DNA from: Thermodesulfobacteriota bacterium
Lineage (GTDB): Bacteria > Desulfobacterota_D > UBA1144 > Nemesobacterales > Nemesobacteraceae
Length of the DNA stretch: 64,000 bases
NCBI GenBank assembly: GCA_965202785.1
Contig: OZ241855.1
Coordinates: forward strand, 864,001-928,000
Direction of reading: 5' to 3'
The translations under genes were made by a program, and so were the position numbers. Within the stretch, counting starts at the first letter, position 1; each line of letters opens with the position of its first letter. Below the pieces are notes generated by a model. It was not told where the DNA came from and made no database searches. It was given only the letters and a program-made list of their open reading frames with translations. Shown here piece by piece: positions 59,318-64,000 of this stretch.

Positions 59318-61822
59318 ATGATTGAGGACTACTTTACCCCCGAAGCCGCTGAATTCATCAGAGAGTCGATAACCGAGGCCCACGGAAACGAGGTTTTTTT
59401 CGTCGGCAAGGTAGACGAAGGCTCTCTGGTGTATGATGTGAAAGTCCTTGCACGCGGTAACCGCCAAGCGGTTCCGGCCATCCTTGACGCGGCGAAAACG
59501 GGGAACGTCGTTGTGCATAATCATCCCTCAGGCAACCTCGAACCTTCACCTCAGGATGTGGCAGTCGCTTCGGCTTTCGGAAACAAAGGCGTCGGTTTCT
59601 ACATAGTGGACAGTGAGGTCGAGAAGGTGTACGTAGTTGTTGAGCCTTTTGTTCCGGGGGAAACGGTACGCGTTGACAATGAATCCGCGAGGGAATATCT
59701 TCTGCCTGCGGGTCCCGTGGCCCGTGTCTTGGGAGAGAAATACGAACACAGGGACGAACAGCTGGAAGTCCTCTCAAACGTAATCGATGCATTCAACGAC
59801 GAGCACCTCTCAATGATAGAGGCCGGCACGGGAACCGGAAAAACTCTTTCCTATCTCATACCTTCCATTCTCTGGTCAATTAGCAACAATGAGAGGGTTT
59901 TGGTCTCAACAAATACCATCAATCTTCAGGAACAGCTGATAAACAAGGATCTTCCTCTCCTTCGGGATCTTTTTCCGAGGAAGTTTGATTATGCTCTCGT
60001 TAAAGGAATGAGAAACTACTTCTGTCTTCTCCGGGGCGAAGCCGTCGGGCAGGATCTTTTCGATTTTATAGACGACGGTGAAAGAGGGTCGATGAAGGAT
60101 GTGCTTGAGTGGGCCAAGACCACCGCGGACGGTTCACTTTCCGATCTTGCGTTTACACCCCCTGACGATGTATGGGACAGGGTATCTGCGGAAAGCGAAA
60201 GCTGCCCGGGGACCAAGTGCCCTCATTATTCGAGTTGCTTTTTCTTTAAGTCGCGGAGGGAGCTATCGAGGGCTTCGGTGCTGGTTGCCAACCACCACAT
60301 GCTTTTTTCCGATATTGCGATAAAAGGAACTGCGGGACCCGATTCGGATTTCGGGATAATTCCCCGCTACGCAAAGGTCGTTTTTGATGAGGCGCACAAC
60401 ATTGCCGAGGCGGCTACTTCACATTTCAGCCTGAAGCTTAGCAAGCACGGGATTGCGAGGACCCTCTCAAAGCTTCGTTCCCGGAAAAATAGGGACAAGG
60501 GGCTTGTATCATACATCTCGCACCTTGCGCAGAAAGAAAAAGATTCCGCCCTCAGGGAGGTTTTCGAGCGCTCGGGTGGCGGGCTTGCGAAGGCCGTTGA
60601 GCGTATAGAGGTTGTAAGCGAAGAGGTCTTTAATTCGCTTTACGGTTTTGGGGTGGAGCTCTCGGGTGAGACAGCGATAAGCCTGAGGCTCACAGAAGAG
60701 GTTGTGCGGCACGAGAAATGGCCTGCCGTTGAGGAGCGCTTCGGGGCACTTGAAAAATCCCTTTTTTCGCTTGAAAGGGAGATTGCCCACCTGCTGGGAG
60801 TAGTCGAGGGCTCACCGCACGCGGATTCCCACATAAAACTCACCGCTGAACTTGGTGGCATCGCCAAGAGATCCCTTGCTTTCCGCGAAGCCATAGGAAG
60901 GTTTTTTGGCGAGCAGGACGAGAGTTATATAAGGTGGTTTGAGGGGAACCGCAGAAGGGCGGCGATTTTCTGCTCCATCAACCTTTCCCCCCTTGATGTA
61001 TCCAAGGAGCTTGATGAAAAGCTCTACTCGAAGACCAAAACCGTCGTTATGACTTCCGCATCGCTTGCCGTGGATAAGAACTTCGATTTCCAGAGGAAAA
61101 ACATAGGACTTTCGGATAATGAAAGATTCAGGGGGCTTATTGTTGATTCACCGTTTGATTTCCGAACGCAGTCCTTACTGCTGGTCCCCTCGGACATGCC
61201 CGAGCCTGGGCGCGAGGACTACGAAGATTCCCTTGCGCGGATACTCTCAGACTCGATTTCTGTAACGAACGGAAATGCTCTGGTGCTTTTCACCTCCTAC
61301 TCCTCGCTTAACAGGGTTTATGAAAAGACAGGAAAAATCCTTGAGAGCATCGGGACCGTCCCGGTCAGTCTTTTCAAGCAGGGAGAAATGCCTAGGGGCC
61401 TGTTGCTTGAGAAATTCAAAACGCTTGGGAATTCGGTGCTTTTCGCAACCGACAGCTTCTGGGAAGGAGTAGACATTCCCGGGGATTCCCTGAAGATGGT
61501 CGTCATATGCAGACTTCCCTTCAAGGTCCCCACGGATCCGGTTACGGAGGCGAAAATCGAGTACATGGAAAATCAGGATATAGATTCATTCCGCGAATAC
61601 ATACTTCCCCATGCCGTACTCAGGTTCAAGCAGGGTTTCGGAAGACTCATACGCACCAAGACGGACCGCGGTGTTGTTATGGTTCTTGATAAGCGTATCG
61701 TGTCGAAGTACTACGGGAAATTCTTTATCAACTCCGTTGCGGGGAGTGACTTTTTCTGCGGAAAGACGGAGCAGATACTCGGGCGGATGCGGAATTTTTT
61801 CTCCGAGGAGCGAAAGCATTGA
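59318..61822 (+). CDS. DinG/XPD-family Fe-S helicase with N-terminal RadC-like JAB domain
   Basis: HNHPSGNLEPSPQD; EAGTGTGKT, STNTINLQEQL, DEAH, LFTSY, SFWEGVD, QGFGRLIR. Confidence 0.92.
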   Translation: MIEDYFTPEAAEFIRESITEAHGNEVFFVGKVDEGSLVYDVKVLARGNRQAVPAILDAAKTGNVVVHNHPSGNLEPSPQDVAVASAFGNKGVGFYIVDSEVEKVYVVVEPFVPGETVRVDNESAREYLLPAGPVARVLGEKYEHRDEQLEVLSNVIDAFNDEHLSMIEAGTGTGKTLSYLIPSILWSISNNERVLVSTNTINLQEQLINKDLPLLRDLFPRKFDYALVKGMRNYFCLLRGEAVGQDLFDFIDDGERGSMKDVLEWAKTTADGSLSDLAFTPPDDVWDRVSAESESCPGTKCPHYSSCFFFKSRRELSRASVLVANHHMLFSDIAIKGTAGPDSDFGIIPRYAKVVFDEAHNIAEAATSHFSLKLSKHGIARTLSKLRSRKNRDKGLVSYISHLAQKEKDSALREVFERSGGGLAKAVERIEVVSEEVFNSLYGFGVELSGETAISLRLTEEVVRHEKWPAVEERFGALEKSLFSLEREIAHLLGVVEGSPHADSHIKLTAELGGIAKRSLAFREAIGRFFGEQDESYIRWFEGNRRRAAIFCSINLSPLDVSKELDEKLYSKTKTVVMTSASLAVDKNFDFQRKNIGLSDNERFRGLIVDSPFDFRTQSLLLVPSDMPEPGREDYEDSLARILSDSISVTNGNALVLFTSYSSLNRVYEKTGKILESIGTVPVSLFKQGEMPRGLLLEKFKTLGNSVLFATDSFWEGVDIPGDSLKMVVICRLPFKVPTDPVTEAKIEYMENQDIDSFREYILPHAVLRFKQGFGRLIRTKTDRGVVMVLDKRIVSKYYGKFFINSVAGSDFFCGKTEQILGRMRNFFSEERKH

Positions 61823-61831
61823 ATTTCTTAC

Positions 61832-62218
61832 ATGTATAAAGCGAAAAACGGTGAAAGGGAACGGCTGGAGAATGTTTTCAGAAGACTGGGCAGGTCCCGG
61901 TTCCGTTCTGGGTTCAGGCTGAATGCCAAGGAAACATTGTATCTCAGGCAAAAAGGCCTCCCCGAGGTGCTTTCGCACGGAAGGGATTTTCTTGAAAAAA
62001 GGCTTGCCCCCTCTCTGCCCCCTAACGACGGGAAGCAGACTCCATGGGGTGGACATCCTGTGTTTCGTGCCCAGCATGCCACGGCCACGTGCTGTCGGAG
62101 CTGCCTACTAAAATGGCACGGCATCCCTAAAAAAAGAAAGCTTACGGAACGGGAAATTGATTATATTCTTCTGGCAATTGAAATGTGGCTTTCGGCTCAG
62201 AGCAGCCCGCAGGAGTGA
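61832..62218 (+). CDS. DUF4186 family protein
   Basis: SRFRSGFRL, NDGKQTPWGGHPVFRAQHATATCCRSCL.KWH. Confidence 0.85.
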   Translation: MYKAKNGERERLENVFRRLGRSRFRSGFRLNAKETLYLRQKGLPEVLSHGRDFLEKRLAPSLPPNDGKQTPWGGHPVFRAQHATATCCRSCLLKWHGIPKKRKLTEREIDYILLAIEMWLSAQSSPQE

Positions 62219-62276
62219 TTTCCAAAAAAAAATTGTTTTATGTTAGAATATCGGGAGATATAAAAGATTTTATATT

Positions 62277-64000
62277 ATGGAGCCAGAAACCATGGATGAA
62301 GAGACGCCAACTCTGCCCAAGCTTGTAAAGGATGAGATCGACGAATTCGAACAGCAGATCTCTGACTACATGAACGGGAAGATAAGCGAGGTGAAATTCC
62401 AGAAGATAAGACTCCAGTTGGGAGTGTACGCACAACGCCAGGAAGGAGTCCAGATGCAGAGGATAAAGATTCCCTACGGGAAACTGAGTTCTGCTCAATT
62501 GAGAAAACTTGCGGACGTTTCAGACAAGTACGCAAGTGGCTTCTTTCACCTTACGACCCGTCAGGACACTCAGCTTTACTACGTCAACCTTGAAACAGTT
62601 CCCGACATGATGAGGGATCTTGCAAGTGCGGGGATCACAACTCGTGAAGCCTGCGGCAACACAGTAAGAAACGTCACGGCTTCCCCGATAACCGGAGCTT
62701 CGCCTACGGAAACCTTTGACGTGACTCCTTACGCCGAGGCGTTTAAGCAGTTTATGCTCCGAAACCCCATATGCCAGAACATGGGAAGGAAATTCAAGGT
62801 CTGCTTTGAGAGCAATCCGGATGTCGACAATGCGGGAATCCGCATCCATGATCTGGGTTTTCGCGCCAGGGTAAGGGAAGAGGATGGAAAGCACGGCTTT
62901 CAGGTCTACGTCGGCGGGGGGCTCGGCGCTTCGCCTTCGCTTGGACATCTCTGGACGGAGTTCATGCCGGTTGAGGAGATGATACCTTTTTCGGCTTCGG
63001 TCGTCAGGATCTTTGACAGGTACGGAGAGAGAAAGGTCAGGATGAAGGCCAGGATGAAGTTTCTTGTGAGGAAGCTCGGTTTTGAGAAGTTCAGAGAGGT
63101 AGTCGAGCAGGAAAGGGCTTCGCTTGAGGTCGATCCTTCATGGAACGACTATCTTGAGGCGATTGACCGGGAGCACGAAACTCCAAAGCCGAACGGGCAC
63201 GATCTTCCGGACACTCCTGGCTGGGTGGAGGATGACCCGGATTTTACGGAGTGGCGGCAAAAAAACGTTTCTCCGGCAGGGGTCGAGGGATATTCAATCG
63301 TTAATGTGAGGGTGCTTCTGGGGGACGTTCCGTCCGATACCGCGAGAGCGCTTGCGGACATGATAGATGCTTATGCAGACGGCTCCATAAGGATAACTAT
63401 CCAGCAGAATTTCGTGATTAGATGGGTTCCCGATCAGGTCATACCCTCGCTTTACGCCGACCTTAAGGAAGCGGACATTTCTGGTTCGGGTGCAGACACT
63501 TTCGAAGATGTAACCGCCTGCCCGGGTGCCGATACCTGCCGTCTGGGCATCACTTCGGCCAAGGGCCTTGCGACGAAGCTTACCAGCATGATGGATAACG
63601 GTCTTGGGAAATACAAGGAGACTCTCGGGGATCTCAGGATCAAAATATCCGGCTGTCCCAACGCTTGCGCTCAGCATGTTTCGGCCAGCATAGGGTTCCA
63701 GGGAGCGTCCATAACCAGAGAAGGTAGAAGCGTTCCTGCGGAGATGCTTTTCCTCGGCGGAGGACTTTACGGAGACGACTCGCGCCTTGCTATGCCGGTT
63801 ACCAAAATTCCGACCAGAAACGCTCCCAAGGTTGTCCAGAGACTGCTTGAGATATACGAGAGGGAAAAAGAAGACGGTGAACATTTTGACCTCACTATGA
63901 AAAGGCTCGGCGCCAAGTACATCAAGGAAGCGGTTTCCGAGTTCAACGAGATCCCCTCGTACGAGGATGATCCCGATTTTTACACCGACTGGGGACACGA
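62277..64000 (+). CDS. ferredoxin-dependent nitrite/sulfite reductase (3'-truncated by the window end)
   Basis: read manually, absent from the ORF track: RLQLGVYAQRQ, HLTTRQDTQL, EACGNTVRN, ACPGADTCRLG, KISGCPNACAQH (siroheme/4Fe-4S ligands). Confidence 0.92.
   Translation, partial: MEPETMDEETPTLPKLVKDEIDEFEQQISDYMNGKISEVKFQKIRLQLGVYAQRQEGVQMQRIKIPYGKLSSAQLRKLADVSDKYASGFFHLTTRQDTQLYYVNLETVPDMMRDLASAGITTREACGNTVRNVTASPITGASPTETFDVTPYAEAFKQFMLRNPICQNMGRKFKVCFESNPDVDNAGIRIHDLGFRARVREEDGKHGFQVYVGGGLGASPSLGHLWTEFMPVEEMIPFSASVVRIFDRYGERKVRMKARMKFLVRKLGFEKFREVVEQERASLEVDPSWNDYLEAIDREHETPKPNGHDLPDTPGWVEDDPDFTEWRQKNVSPAGVEGYSIVNVRVLLGDVPSDTARALADMIDAYADGSIRITIQQNFVIRWVPDQVIPSLYADLKEADISGSGADTFEDVTACPGADTCRLGITSAKGLATKLTSMMDNGLGKYKETLGDLRIKISGCPNACAQHVSASIGFQGASITREGRSVPAEMLFLGGGLYGDDSRLAMPVTKIPTRNAPKVVQRLLEIYEREKEDGEHFDLTMKRLGAKYIKEAVSEFNEIPSYEDDPDFYTDWGH

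Noticed and set aside
59033-59524. ORFs 59033-59524 (-) and 59133-59321 (+)
   Set aside because: They overlap tRNA-Ser and the DinG start; translation artefacts
62238-63998. Minus-strand ORFs at the window end
   Set aside because: Shadows of the plus-strand nitrite/sulfite reductase, which the track omits because it has no stop inside the window

Overview
Gene-dense bacterial chromosomal segment, roughly balanced GC by eye. The mix of deltaproteobacteria-like housekeeping genes and sulfotransferase/SDR cargo would fit a Dadabacteria-like sponge symbiont, but that is only an impression. Housekeeping genes: leuS, family-4 UDG, mnmG, htpX, uvrA, uppP, ispH, pyrF, rluD-pgeF, argG-queA, aroC, prfB (programmed +1 frameshift, missed by the ORF track), nadK, fmt, a sigma54-driven amt plus porin, pilM, rnr, a JAB-DinG helicase, and a nitrite/sulfite reductase cut by the window end. 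Four tRNAs: Arg-CCG, Glu-CTC, Phe-GAA, Ser-CGA. Small accessory islets are interleaved: (i) secreted protein/ECF sigma/anti-sigma, whose 53-bp promoter region is duplicated 3.8 kb away; (ii) a divergent UDG-fold protein next to an HsdR_N-type PD-(D/E)XK nuclease with a SeqA-like C-terminal domain, the best candidate here for an undescribed modified-DNA-sensing defence module; (iii) a second divergent UDG-fold gene coupled to pyrF; (iv) a DUF1214-sulfotransferase-SDR-SDR-SRPBCC operon; (v) a Fic/SigZ/GST islet at tRNA-Ser with an operator-like palindrome array. No CRISPR array, integrase or intact transposase was seen. All family calls come from motif recognition by eye; no database search was run.
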